A DNA stretch of 64,000 nucleotides from an uncultured delta proteobacterium (GTDB taxonomy: Bacteria; Desulfobacterota; Desulfuromonadia; Desulfuromonadales; BM103). Under the pieces are notes generated by a model that was not told where the DNA came from, made no database searches, and saw only the letters and a list, made by a program, of their open reading frames with translations. The position numbers were made by a program, and so were the translations under genes. The stretch's first letter is position 1; every line of letters begins with the position of its first letter. Location of the stretch: NCBI GenBank assembly GCA_963715335.1, contig CAVQRZ010000001.1, forward strand, positions 322,164 to 386,163. Direction: 5' to 3'. Shown piece after piece: positions 1 to 9,637 of this stretch.

Positions 1-426
1 GTTGAGAATTTCATCGCCTATGCCAATGCGGGCCATTATGATGGCACCATCTTCCACCGCGTGATCAAGGGCTTCATGATCCAGGGCGGCGGGTTGACTC
101 CCGACATGGAGGAGAACCCGACCGGCGCACCGATCGTCAACGAGGCGACCAACAAGTTGAGGAACAAGGTCGGGACTGTCGCCATGGCGCGCACCGCCGA
201 AATCGACAGCGCCACCGCCCAGTTCTTTATCAACACCGGGGATAACAAGTTTCTCGACCACGCCGGGCTCAAGCCGGAGATGTACGGTTATGCGGTGTTT
301 GGCCAGGTAGTCGATGGCATGGACGTGGTCTACGCCATTGAACAGCAGGCGACCGGCAGCGTCGCCGGTTACGACGACGTGCCCTTGGAACCGGTGGTTA
401 TTACGGCCGTAACAGTCCTTGACTAG
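1..426 (+). CDS. Cyclophilin-type peptidyl-prolyl cis-trans isomerase (5' end outside window)
   Basis: Frame 1 is open from base 1: [36 protein letters not shown] and GYAVFGQV cyclophilin motifs. Confidence 0.93.
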   Translation, partial: VENFIAYANAGHYDGTIFHRVIKGFMIQGGGLTPDMEENPTGAPIVNEATNKLRNKVGTVAMARTAEIDSATAQFFINTGDNKFLDHAGLKPEMYGYAVFGQVVDGMDVVYAIEQQATGSVAGYDDVPLEPVVITAVTVLD

Positions 427-459
427 CCGGGATTTACATGGCAACCGGGTTGAGTAACT

Positions 460-873
460 ATGTCGACACATAACCCAGGCAATTATGCCGATCCGCAAAT
501 GTGCCGCCAGTGCCGCGGGCTGTGCTGCCAGGGGCATCCTGGCGTTTGGGTCGACCCGGAGCGTTTCTTCAAGGCCTTCGACCTGCCGAAGACCTCTTCA
601 CCGGAAACGTTGCACGGTTTGCTGCCGCGGGAGCTTTTACTGCGCGACATTGATGGCGTTGCCATCCCGGCACCGCAAACGCGTGAGAACGGGTGCATTT
701 TCCTTGAGCGCGAGGGTTGCCAGTTGCCGGAGAATCGCCGTCCGGACCAGTGCCTGGCCCTTGTTCCAACCCTCGATACCCTTATTGATGGTGAAATCCG
801 CTGCGTACTAAAAGCGGAAGGTTCGACTTTGGCTGCGATAGCGGCCTGGCGCAGGTATTGGTTGCATCGCTGA
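460..873 (+). CDS. YkgJ-like cysteine-cluster (CxxCxxxCC) putative Fe-S/Zn protein
   Basis: CRQCRGLCC, CIFL...GC and RPDQC pattern. Confidence 0.7.
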   Translation: MSTHNPGNYADPQMCRQCRGLCCQGHPGVWVDPERFFKAFDLPKTSSPETLHGLLPRELLLRDIDGVAIPAPQTRENGCIFLEREGCQLPENRRPDQCLALVPTLDTLIDGEIRCVLKAEGSTLAAIAAWRRYWLHR

Positions 874-941
874 GCAACCCGAAGGGACAGGCGGTCAGGC
901 TGTTCCTCGGGCGGTTGACAAAGTTCAACATTGATGTTTAG

Positions 942-980
942 CAAGGGCAACGGGTGATTCCTCTGTTGCCCTTGTTTTTT
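942..980 (+). terminator. Intrinsic terminator
   Basis: CAAGGGCAAC...GTTGCCCTTG stem followed by T6. Confidence 0.75.
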
Positions 981-991
981 GTGCTCTGGGA

Positions 992-1437
992 TTTAAAGTC
1001 AAAAGCAGAACCGGCGGGTCGCGTCCCGCCCGACGCCATACTTTTGTCCGGCAACAAAAGTATGCAAAAATGCCTTCTCCTTGCGGAGGGCATCTCCTCT
1101 GCCAGATGTCTGTGACGTCAACAACCTGCTGTGATGGGGATCCGGCCCTGTGTCAAAGGGCCTGACCTTGCCGTGTGATTTACCAGGGAAAAGCCAAAAC
1201 AACCCCTATCTACCAAGTCTTCACAGCAGGAGAGGCTCTCAAGGGCCTCGGCTCCTGCGGGGGAAGCGTAGGCTCCTGATCGTTTAGAACCATCCGGATT
1301 GAGGTTGCCGCCATTACGAGCCAGACATGCCCAGCGCAGCGCAGGCCTTTTTCTGCTTACTCTTTTGGGCCAGCAAAAGAGTAAGGCGCAGTCGGGGGGC
1401 GCGACCCCCGGGTTCTGATTTTGGTTTTGCCTTTAAA
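992..1437. mobile_element. Non-coding MITE/REPIN-like element, copy 1
   Basis: Reverse complement aligns closely with 34765-35199; imperfect ~70 bp terminal inverted repeats, each with two hairpins; TTTAAA at both ends; no credible ORF. Confidence 0.7.
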
Positions 1438-1452
1438 TTGCGGTGCACAACG

Positions 1453-1490
1453 AAAAAGTGCAACAGATTAACCACCTGTTGCACTTTTCT
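1453..1490 (-). terminator. Bidirectional intrinsic terminator downstream of the DUF1232 gene
   Basis: AAAAGTGCAACAG...CTGTTGCACTTTT inverted repeat. Confidence 0.7.
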
Positions 1491-1528
1491 TCAGAGAAAC
1501 TCCACCTACCAGGTAAAAAATATAAAAC

Positions 1529-1762
1529 TCAATCCCGGTCTATTTCAATCGTTGTTTCATCTCGCCGGCCACGCCTGAAGATATCAGGCAATTCGAAGCC
1601 GAAATATTTCAGACACATCACCAGCAGGGCAACCGCGGCCGCCTCGTCGAGATTGCCAACCAAGGGGAGGTTGTCGGGGATGAGTTCAAAAACACCCGCG
1701 GTCGGATTCAGGAGGTAGAGCGCCGCCAGAACCCCGAGACAGAACACCACGATTTTTTTCAT
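1529..1762 (-). CDS. DUF1232 (YkvA-like) small membrane protein
   Basis: YLLNP...ELIPDNLPLVGNLDEA motif between hydrophobic segments. Confidence 0.8.
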   Translation of the reverse strand: MKKIVVFCLGVLAALYLLNPTAGVFELIPDNLPLVGNLDEAAAVALLVMCLKYFGFELPDIFRRGRRDETTIEIDRD

Positions 1763-1853
1763 TGTCCTCTCACTGCTGCCGTTGACTCAGGTAATCCGTC
1801 TTTTCCAAAAAGCGCCCGGCATGCACACGGCTAGCGATCGCCGGGATAACTTT

Positions 1854-2276
1854 TTAATGTTCATGATAGCCGAGAACCACCAGCAGACAGCTGCCGTCGG
1901 CGATCACGTTGAGCCCGGCGGCTTTCGCTGTGGCAACTGCCGCCGCACTTTCAGCCCCCGGTTGCATCCAGAGGTTCTTGATCCCCCTGGCAACCGCCTG
2001 TTCGACGACCTTCTCCGTCACCTGCGGCGGGGTGATAATCGAGATGCTGCTGACATGTTCCGGTAACTCCCTCACAGAAGCAACGCAGGCAAGTCCTTCA
2101 ATCTCTTTTTCCACCGGATTGACCGGAATCACCTTGCGCCGGTTCTGCTGATAACAACGCAGCACCTTGTTGCCGTATTTATGTGGCTTGCTCGATGCGC
2201 CAACGACACCGAAGCTGTCAGCGCCGAGAAAAGTGTCGATTCGTTCAACGATGGTCATGGCCATTCTCCTCATCAT
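1854..2276 (-). CDS. CoA-binding protein (YccU/CoA_binding_2 family); start may be a few codons downstream
   Basis: VVGASSKPHKYG, IPVNP and LWMQPGAES motifs. Confidence 0.88.
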   Translation of the reverse strand: MMRRMAMTIVERIDTFLGADSFGVVGASSKPHKYGNKVLRCYQQNRRKVIPVNPVEKEIEGLACVASVRELPEHVSSISIITPPQVTEKVVEQAVARGIKNLWMQPGAESAAAVATAKAAGLNVIADGSCLLVVLGYHEH

Positions 2277-2344
2277 AATCCTGCCGCAAGAGTTGCATGG
2301 AAACAGGTTATTGCCTGGAGGTATTATAACTTAATTAGTCGTCT

Positions 2345-3763
2345 TCAGGGAAGAACGCTTCGGATCAGATCGAAGAGCGGTCCAGGGAAGAGCCCAAGCA
2401 CCAGGACGGCCGAGGAGCAGACGGCGAGAACCGCGTGCTCGTAGACAGAGCCCTGGTGCCAACGGGAAGCCTGCTCGTCCGGCTGGAAGAGCAGCATTGT
2501 GACGCGCAGATAGAACGCGAAAGAGATCACCGAGGCGAGGATACCGATCAGCAGCAGGCCGATATAGCCGGACTGCAGCGCCGCCTGGAACACCGCGAAT
2601 TTCGCCATGAACCCGGCCGTGGCCGGCAGGCCGGCCAGCGACAGGAGCAGCAACACCAGGACACCGCAGCGCACCGGATGCCGGTAACCAAGGCCGCGCC
2701 ACTGGTCGAAAGACACCGGCTCGCCACGACCGTCGGCAAGCGATGCGATCACGGCAAAGGCTCCCAGGCTGGTGAACACATAGACCACAACGTAGAAGGT
2801 TGTTGCCGCGAACCCTTCTGTGGTCTGGCAAAGCACACCGACCAGCAGGGTCCCCATATGGGTGACCGAGGAATAGGCAAGCAGGCGCTTGAGGTTGGTC
2901 TGGCCGAGCGCGCCAAAGGCACCAGCCAGCATGGTCAGGGCCGCGAGCAACCAAACCAGGTCCGTCAGGTCGTTCCAGACCGGTCCAGACATCGCCAGCA
3001 GGCCGACCAGGGCGGCAACCACGGCGCCCTTGGAGCCGGTGGCCAGCAGGCCGGTGACCGGTGCCGGGGCTCCCTGGTAGACATCTGGGGTCCAGAGATG
3101 GAACGGTGCCAGGGAGATCTTGAAGCCAACCGCGACCAGGATCATGCCCCAACCAAGCAGGCCCCAGGCCTGCAGCTCGCCGGTCTCCGCCGACAGGCGC
3201 ACAACCGCGTCCGGCAGGGCCAGGGAACCGGAGGCGGCATAGATCAGGGCGATGCCGAAGGCCATGAACCCGGTCGCCACAGCTCCCAGCAGCAGGTACT
3301 TGAGCCCGGCCTCGGCGGCCATGGCGCAACCCCGGTTGCTGGCGATCAGAATATAGAACGCCAGGGTGAAGGCCTCCAGGGCGATGAACAGGCCAACCAG
3401 GTGCGTCGCGGCAGAAAGCAGCGCCATACCGGCAGCGGCATACAGAACCAGCGAGGTATATTCACCGGCCCCGATGCGCTTTTCTACGACGTAGCGGCTC
3501 CCCACCATCAGGCCTGCGGCAGCCAGCAGCGACCAGAGGATCGTGTAAAACCGGGCGTAGCCCCCGGCGCTGAAGAGCCCGGCTATCTCCGGGACGGACG
3601 GTGAGACCAGGCCGGCGGAGAGGGCCGCCAGCAGCGCGGTGACCACACCGCCGGCCAGCAGAGGCAGCGGCTCACGGTACCAGGCTCCGGCCATCAGGAT
3701 GGCCGTTGCACCGAAGGCCAGAATCAAGATTGGCAGAAGCGCGTGCAGCTCTGGCAGGTTCAT
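2345..3763 (-). CDS. nuoN: NADH-quinone oxidoreductase subunit N
   Basis: EAGLKYLLLG, FKISLAPFHLWTPDVYQGAP, KRLLAYSSV; last gene of nuo operon. Confidence 0.96.
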   Translation of the reverse strand: MNLPELHALLPILILAFGATAILMAGAWYREPLPLLAGGVVTALLAALSAGLVSPSVPEIAGLFSAGGYARFYTILWSLLAAAGLMVGSRYVVEKRIGAGEYTSLVLYAAAGMALLSAATHLVGLFIALEAFTLAFYILIASNRGCAMAAEAGLKYLLLGAVATGFMAFGIALIYAASGSLALPDAVVRLSAETGELQAWGLLGWGMILVAVGFKISLAPFHLWTPDVYQGAPAPVTGLLATGSKGAVVAALVGLLAMSGPVWNDLTDLVWLLAALTMLAGAFGALGQTNLKRLLAYSSVTHMGTLLVGVLCQTTEGFAATTFYVVVYVFTSLGAFAVIASLADGRGEPVSFDQWRGLGYRHPVRCGVLVLLLLSLAGLPATAGFMAKFAVFQAALQSGYIGLLLIGILASVISFAFYLRVTMLLFQPDEQASRWHQGSVYEHAVLAVCSSAVLVLGLFPGPLFDLIRSVLP

Positions 3764-5250
3764 GGCAGACCTCCCGCCAGGATCATCGCGACGACACCGT
3801 GCAGCGGTGCCAGGAACGGTTCAGGGTAAAGGCCGAGCCAGACCACCAGGATCGCCATCGGCAGCAGCATCAGCCACTCACGCAAGCTCAGGTCCGGCAT
3901 GCTGCGTTCGGTTTTGGCCGGGCCCCAGACGACTCCCTGCACCAGGCGCAGCATGTAAGCGGCGGCAAACACCACGCCGAGCAGCGCGACAACCGCCCAG
4001 ACCGGATGTTCCTGGAAGGTACCGAGCAGGACCAGGATCTCGCCGGCGAAGTTGGCCAACCCCGGCATGCCGAGCGAGGCCAGCGCGAAGAGCAGGAAGA
4101 GCGCGGCCAGGCAGGGCGCCTGTCCCCAGAGCCCACCCAGCTCCTGCATGCTGCGGGTGCCGGTGCGTTCACGGATCAGCGCCACCAGCACAAACAGGGC
4201 GCCGGTGGTGATGCCGTGGGTAACCATCAGCAGGATGCTGCCTTCCCAGGCGGTCAGTTGCCAGGCTGCCAGACCAAGCACCACCAGGCCAAGGTGGGAA
4301 ATCGACGAGTAGGCCAGCAGGCGTTTGATGTCGTCCTGGTGATAAGCGCACCAGGCGGCGTGGAACAGTCCGGCCAGAGCCAGGACACCAAGGATCGGCA
4401 GGAAGCTGGCCGTGGCCGTGGGGAACAGCGGGAAGGCGACACGGATCAGGCCGTAGATGCCGGTCTTGAGCAGCAGGCCGGTCAGGTCCAGGGAACCGGC
4501 GGCCGGCGCCTCGGTTAAGGCGTCGGTCAGCCAGGTATGAAATGGCACCAGCGGCGACTTGACGATAAAGGCCGCCAGGAATCCGGCGAACAGCCAGCCC
4601 TCCTGGGCCGCAGTCAACTGCGTTTTCAGCAGATCGCCGATGACAAAGGTATAGGCGCCGGTCTGGGCCCCGTTTATCTGGTAGAGCGCGATGATCGCCA
4701 CCAGCATGCAGAGACTGCCGACCAGGGTGTAGAGGAAGAATTTGATCGCGGCGCTGCGGCGCTGCTCACCGCCCCAGACGCTGATCAGGAAAAACATCGG
4801 GATCAGTGCGACTTCCCAGAACAGGTAGAAAAGCACCAGGTCGTAGGCGAGGAAGATCCCCATCAGGCCGCTTTCCAGGAGCAGCAGCAGGGCGAAGAAG
4901 CTGCCGGCGTGCCGTTCGACGCGCCAGGCCAGCAGGATGGCGGAGATCTGCATGAAGGCGGTGAGCAGAACCATCAGCAAGGCGATGCCGTCCATCGCCA
5001 GGACGTAGCGGATGCCGTACGCCGGAACCCAGCTGACATCCTCGTAGAGCAGCCAGCGCTCGCTGCCCTGGCCGTGGCAGACAAACAGGTAGAGGGCGAC
5101 GCCGAAGGTGGCCAGTGCGGTCGCCAGCGCCAGGCCGCGGCAGTCGGCCGGCCGCTTGCCGTGCAACAGGCAGAGCAGGGCGCCGCCGAGCGGCAGCATG
5201 ATCAGCAGGCTCATCCAGGGGAATTGCGGGAGGCCGGTCATCACGCTCAT
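3760..5250 (-). CDS. nuoM: NADH-quinone oxidoreductase subunit M
   Basis: FYLFWEVALIPMFFLI, KSPLVPFHTW, LGMPGLANFAGE; start placed at the ATG abutting the nuoL stop. Confidence 0.95.
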   Translation of the reverse strand: MSVMTGLPQFPWMSLLIMLPLGGALLCLLHGKRPADCRGLALATALATFGVALYLFVCHGQGSERWLLYEDVSWVPAYGIRYVLAMDGIALLMVLLTAFMQISAILLAWRVERHAGSFFALLLLLESGLMGIFLAYDLVLFYLFWEVALIPMFFLISVWGGEQRRSAAIKFFLYTLVGSLCMLVAIIALYQINGAQTGAYTFVIGDLLKTQLTAAQEGWLFAGFLAAFIVKSPLVPFHTWLTDALTEAPAAGSLDLTGLLLKTGIYGLIRVAFPLFPTATASFLPILGVLALAGLFHAAWCAYHQDDIKRLLAYSSISHLGLVVLGLAAWQLTAWEGSILLMVTHGITTGALFVLVALIRERTGTRSMQELGGLWGQAPCLAALFLLFALASLGMPGLANFAGEILVLLGTFQEHPVWAVVALLGVVFAAAYMLRLVQGVVWGPAKTERSMPDLSLREWLMLLPMAILVVWLGLYPEPFLAPLHGVVAMILAGGLP

Positions 5251-7130
5251 CAGTGCCCTCCCCCGTTGACCAGTTTCAGCAGGAACCAGCCGAGCAGAAC
5301 CAGAAAGCCCCAGGCAAATGCGGACAGGTAGGTCGTCGCGCGCCCGGTTGCCAGCTGCACCAGCATGGCGCTGCAACGGCTGGCCATCTTCGCCAGCCCC
5401 TCGATAGTACCATCGAAGAGGGACCGGTCACAGCCGCTGGAGCAGAACCGCGCCATCGCCGTGAAAGGTCTGACGAACAGGCGGTCGACCAGGGCGTCTG
5501 CCTGCCAGCCGTTGAGCAGGAACCGGCTGACCCGATTCTCTACCAAAGGCCGGTCGTTGCGATAACGCCAGTGCGCGGCAAACCAGCCGAGAGCGACCAT
5601 TGCGCTCGCAAGCCCGGCCAGCAGCCACTCGGTGCCATGACTGGCGGCCACAGCCCGACCGGCCAGCTCGCCGTACCAGTGATGCAGCATTTCATCACCG
5701 CCGACCAAAGCCGGCAGGTTCAGCATGCCGCCGCCCAGGCCGAGCAGGGCCAGCGGCCAGAGCGGCCAGCGCATCTGCAACGGGATGGCGTGCGCGTGAC
5801 CGGTGCCGCGCCACTCGCCGGCAAACACCAGGTAGACCAGGCGGAAAGTGTAGAACGCGGTCAAAAGAGCGGTCAAGACTCCGATCAGCCAGAAGACCCG
5901 GTAGGCCGGGTCCGGATGGGTAAACAGCGCCAGCAGGATGCCGTCCTTGGAGAAGAACCCGCCGGTCAGCGGCAGCCCGGCCAGGCAGACGGCGGCGGCC
6001 AGGAACACCCAGAAGAGCTCCACCGGCCCACGTCGGGCCATGCCGCCCATCTTGTAAATGTCGTTTTCGTCGCCGGCCAGGTGGATCACGCAGCCAGCGG
6101 CCATGAAGAGGACCGCCTTGAAGAAGGCGTGGGTCAGCAGGTGGAACATCGCGCCGGTGACGGTGCCGGCGCCGACCGCCATGAACATGTAGCCGACCTG
6201 GCTCATCGTCGAATAGGCCAGTACGCGCTTGATCTCGCGCTGGGCCATGGCACAGGTCGCAGCGTAGAGTGCCGTCAGGGCGCCGATGGCGGTAATCGCC
6301 GTCATGCCCACGGCAGACAGCGAAACCAGGGGGAAGAGCCGGCAGAGCAGGTAGACACCGGCCGTGACCATGGTTGCGGCATGGATCAGGGCCGAAACCG
6401 GTGTCGGTCCGGCCATCGCATCGGCCAGCCAGGTCATCAGCGGCAGCTGCGCCGACTTGCCGCAGGCACCGAGCAACAGGAGCAGGCTCAGGGCAATCAC
6501 CACGCCCGGTGAGATCGAAGCCGCCTGGGCGTTGATCTCGCTGATGCTCAGGGTGCCGGTAACGGCGAACAGCCAGAGCAGGGCGATGCCGAGGAACACG
6601 TCACCGACCCGGGTAACCAGGAAGGCCTTGGTGCCGGCCTTGGCATTCTCCCGCTTGCGATACCAAAACCCGATCAGGCCGTAGGAGCACAGCCCTACGC
6701 CCTCCCAGCCGAGGAAAAGCACCAGCAGGTTGTCGGCCAGGATAATCGCCAGCATGGCAAAGACGAACAGGTTAAGCAGGCCGAAGAAGCGGGCATAATC
6801 GTCCTCTTCATGCATGTAACCGACAGCATAGAGATGGATCAGGCTGGCCACCCCGGTCACCATCAAGGTCATCGGCGCCGCCAGGCGGTCAAAATTCAGG
6901 GCAAAGGAGACATCGACCGTACCGCTGTTGAGCCAGGTGAAGAGGACCACTCTGGTCCCTTCGCCCTCGGCGTACCCCCAAAACAGCAGGGTCAGCAGAA
7001 AAGCTCCAGCGACACCGGTTACAGCCATGATCTCGGCAAACAGGCGCGGCAGGCGCATGCCGAAAAGCATGTTGATGACTGCGCAACAGAGCGGCAGCAG
7101 AGGTATGAGGAAGAGTAGCGTCTCGCTCAT
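5250..7130 (-). CDS. nuoL: NADH-quinone oxidoreductase subunit L
   Basis: GWEGVGLCSY, GKSAQLPL...DAMAGPTPVSALIHAATMV, HAFFKA. Confidence 0.96.
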   Translation of the reverse strand: MSETLLFLIPLLPLCCAVINMLFGMRLPRLFAEIMAVTGVAGAFLLTLLFWGYAEGEGTRVVLFTWLNSGTVDVSFALNFDRLAAPMTLMVTGVASLIHLYAVGYMHEEDDYARFFGLLNLFVFAMLAIILADNLLVLFLGWEGVGLCSYGLIGFWYRKRENAKAGTKAFLVTRVGDVFLGIALLWLFAVTGTLSISEINAQAASISPGVVIALSLLLLLGACGKSAQLPLMTWLADAMAGPTPVSALIHAATMVTAGVYLLCRLFPLVSLSAVGMTAITAIGALTALYAATCAMAQREIKRVLAYSTMSQVGYMFMAVGAGTVTGAMFHLLTHAFFKAVLFMAAGCVIHLAGDENDIYKMGGMARRGPVELFWVFLAAAVCLAGLPLTGGFFSKDGILLALFTHPDPAYRVFWLIGVLTALLTAFYTFRLVYLVFAGEWRGTGHAHAIPLQMRWPLWPLALLGLGGGMLNLPALVGGDEMLHHWYGELAGRAVAASHGTEWLLAGLASAMVALGWFAAHWRYRNDRPLVENRVSRFLLNGWQADALVDRLFVRPFTAMARFCSSGCDRSLFDGTIEGLAKMASRCSAMLVQLATGRATTYLSAFAWGFLVLLGWFLLKLVNGGGH

Positions 7131-7428
7131 CCGGACATCCCGTTGAATTCATCGGCGACCAGGGTCCGCTTGCGTCGCCACAGGTAAACCACCATAGCCA
7201 ACGCCACGGCAACCTCTGCCGCGGTAATCGCCATGAGCAGAATCACGAACACCTGGCCGTCCACCTGCTGCCAGTAAGCCGAAGCGGCAACGAAGACCAG
7301 CGAAGCGGCATTCAGCATGATCTCCACACCGATCAGGATCATGATGACCTGGCGGCGCAGCAGTACGCAGGTCAGGCCGAGGACAAAGAGCGCCGCGGCA
7401 AAGCTTAAGGCGTGGCCGAAGGGAATCA

Positions 7429-7432
<4 letters not shown>
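7127..7432 (-). CDS. nuoK: NADH-quinone oxidoreductase subunit K
   Basis: EIMLNAA and AAEVAVALA motifs, about 100 aa. Confidence 0.95.
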
Positions 7433-7935
<503 letters not shown>

Positions 7936-7947
7936 GTTTAAACTCTT

Positions 7948-8016
7948 GTATCCAGTATTCAGAATTCTGTATTCAGAAGATTTTATTCTGGCTCCTGAAT
8001 ACTGGATACTGAATAC
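7948..8016. repeat. Heptamer-unit inverted-repeat hairpin (nuoI-nuoJ junction)
   Basis: GTATCCA GTATTCA GAATTCT GTATTCA / TGGCTCC TGAATAC TGGATAC TGAATAC. Confidence 0.85.
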
Positions 8017-8025
8017 CCGTGTTAT

Positions 8026-8556
8026 CTACGGCAGTAACGATTTCGGGTCCACCGGCCCGTGTTCCTCTTCACCTTCTCCGCGTTTCTGCGCTACGCCGAT
8101 TCCCGAATGTTTGTAGAAATTGTATTCCGTGTCCTTGCCGCCGCCGTCGATCAGCAGGTCCGCTTTTTCGTAGACCAGGTTCAAAACTTCGCGGTTGCAG
8201 ATCTCGTAGTCCGGCGTGGTCTGGATTGCCAGGGTCGGACAGGCCTCGGTGCAGAGCCCGCAAAAGATACACCGCGAAAAATTGATCCGGAACCAGGCCG
8301 CATAGCGGCGACCGTCCTCGGCCTCTGCCGCCTGCATCGAGATGCAGTCAACCGGGCAGGCGGCGCTGCACAGCTGGCAAGCGACGCAGCGCTCGCCACC
8401 GTCCGGGTCGCGGGTCAGCACGAGGCGTGCCCGGTAGCGCGGCGGCGGCGTGCGCTTTTGTTCCGGGTACTGGATCGTCACCGGCTTCTTGAAGAGATAG
8501 CCGAGGGTAATCCAGAACGGTTGCAGGGTTCCTTTTATGTCACGCCAGAGATTCAT
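8026..8556 (-). CDS. nuoI: NADH-quinone oxidoreductase subunit I
   Basis: Two CxxCxxCxxxCP ferredoxin motifs; TIQYPE. Confidence 0.96.
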   Translation of the reverse strand: MNLWRDIKGTLQPFWITLGYLFKKPVTIQYPEQKRTPPPRYRARLVLTRDPDGGERCVACQLCSAACPVDCISMQAAEAEDGRRYAAWFRINFSRCIFCGLCTEACPTLAIQTTPDYEICNREVLNLVYEKADLLIDGGGKDTEYNFYKHSGIGVAQKRGEGEEEHGPVDPKSLLP

Positions 8557-8568
8557 GATTTAAAACCC

Positions 8569-8637
8569 GTACCAGGTATTCAGTATCAAGTATTCGGAAG
8601 AAACCCTTCTGAATTCTGGATACTGGATTCCGAATTC
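8569..8637. repeat. Heptamer-unit inverted-repeat hairpin (nuoH-nuoI junction)
   Basis: GTACCAG GTATTCA GTATCAA GTATTCG / TGAATTC TGGATAC TGGATTC CGAATTC. Confidence 0.85.
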
Positions 8638-8641
8638 CTTT

Positions 8642-9637
8642 TCAGCCATTCAGCGCCAACCTTATCGCCCCGCTCACCACCACGTTAAGCAGCGCCAGCG
8701 GAATCAACACCTTCCAGCCGAAGTGCATAAGCTGATCGTAACGCGGTCTCGGCATGCTGCCGCGCATCCAGATAAAGACAAAGGCGACGAACAGCACCTT
8801 CATGATGAACCAGATCACCGGCGGCAGGAACGGCCCATGCCAGCCACCGAGGAAAAACACCGTGGTCATGGCGCCGATGACGATCAGGTTGATATATTCA
8901 CCGACGAAAAAGAGGCCGAACCGCATGCCGGAATATTCTGTGTGGAACCCGGCAACGATCTCGTTCTCCGCCTCTGGCATATCGAACGGCGTCCGCTTCG
9001 ATTCCGCAGTGACGCTGATCATGAAGATAATAAAGGCCAGCGGATGCTGCAGCAGGTTCGGCCAGGTCGACTGGGCCATGACGATCTCGGTCAGCGAAAA
9101 AGATTTCGCGCTCATCACCACCGGCACCAGCGCCAGGCCGAGGGCCAGCTCGTAGGACAGCAACTGCGCCAGGCCGCGCATGGCGCCGAGCAGGGAATAT
9201 TTCGAATTTGAGGCCCAGCCACCGAGCACCACCCCGTAGACGGCCAGCGAAGAGAGCCCGAAGATGTAAAGCAGGCCGATATTCAGGTCGCAGACCACCA
9301 TCGGGATTTCGCGACCGAACAGGGTCAGGGGCGGTGCGAAAGGCACCACGGCAAAACTGAGCAGGGCGGTCAGGGCGGTCAATCCGGGAGCAAACAGGAA
9401 CACCCACTTGTCGGCCCGGTCGGGGACAAAATCCTCCTTGGTGAGCAGCTTGATGACGTCACACAGCGGCTGGAACATGCCGCCGGGACCGATCCGGTTC
9501 GGCCCGTAGCGCAGCTGCATGCGACCAAGGATCTTGCGCTCGGCCAGCACCAGGTAGGCCGCCATGGAAAGGACCACGCCGAAGATCAGGCCAAGCTTGA
9601 CCAGGATCAAGGCCAAACTGATGAACATCTCATTCAT
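8642..9637 (-). CDS. nuoH: NADH-quinone oxidoreductase subunit H
   Basis: ERKILGRMQLRYGPNR and RTPFDMPEAENEIVAGFHTEYSG; ATG overlaps the nuoG stop. Confidence 0.96.
   Translation of the reverse strand: MNEMFISLALILVKLGLIFGVVLSMAAYLVLAERKILGRMQLRYGPNRIGPGGMFQPLCDVIKLLTKEDFVPDRADKWVFLFAPGLTALTALLSFAVVPFAPPLTLFGREIPMVVCDLNIGLLYIFGLSSLAVYGVVLGGWASNSKYSLLGAMRGLAQLLSYELALGLALVPVVMSAKSFSLTEIVMAQSTWPNLLQHPLAFIIFMISVTAESKRTPFDMPEAENEIVAGFHTEYSGMRFGLFFVGEYINLIVIGAMTTVFFLGGWHGPFLPPVIWFIMKVLFVAFVFIWMRGSMPRPRYDQLMHFGWKVLIPLALLNVVVSGAIRLALNG

Noticed and set aside
999..1578. Short ORFs inside the repeated element (also 34640-35361)
   Set aside because: Similar peptides recur only because the DNA is repeated; starts and stops are not conserved between copies and there are no transposase motifs.
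7948..8637. CRISPR array interpretation of the short repeats
   Set aside because: Units are 7 nt, tandem and inverted, with no unique spacers and no cas genes.
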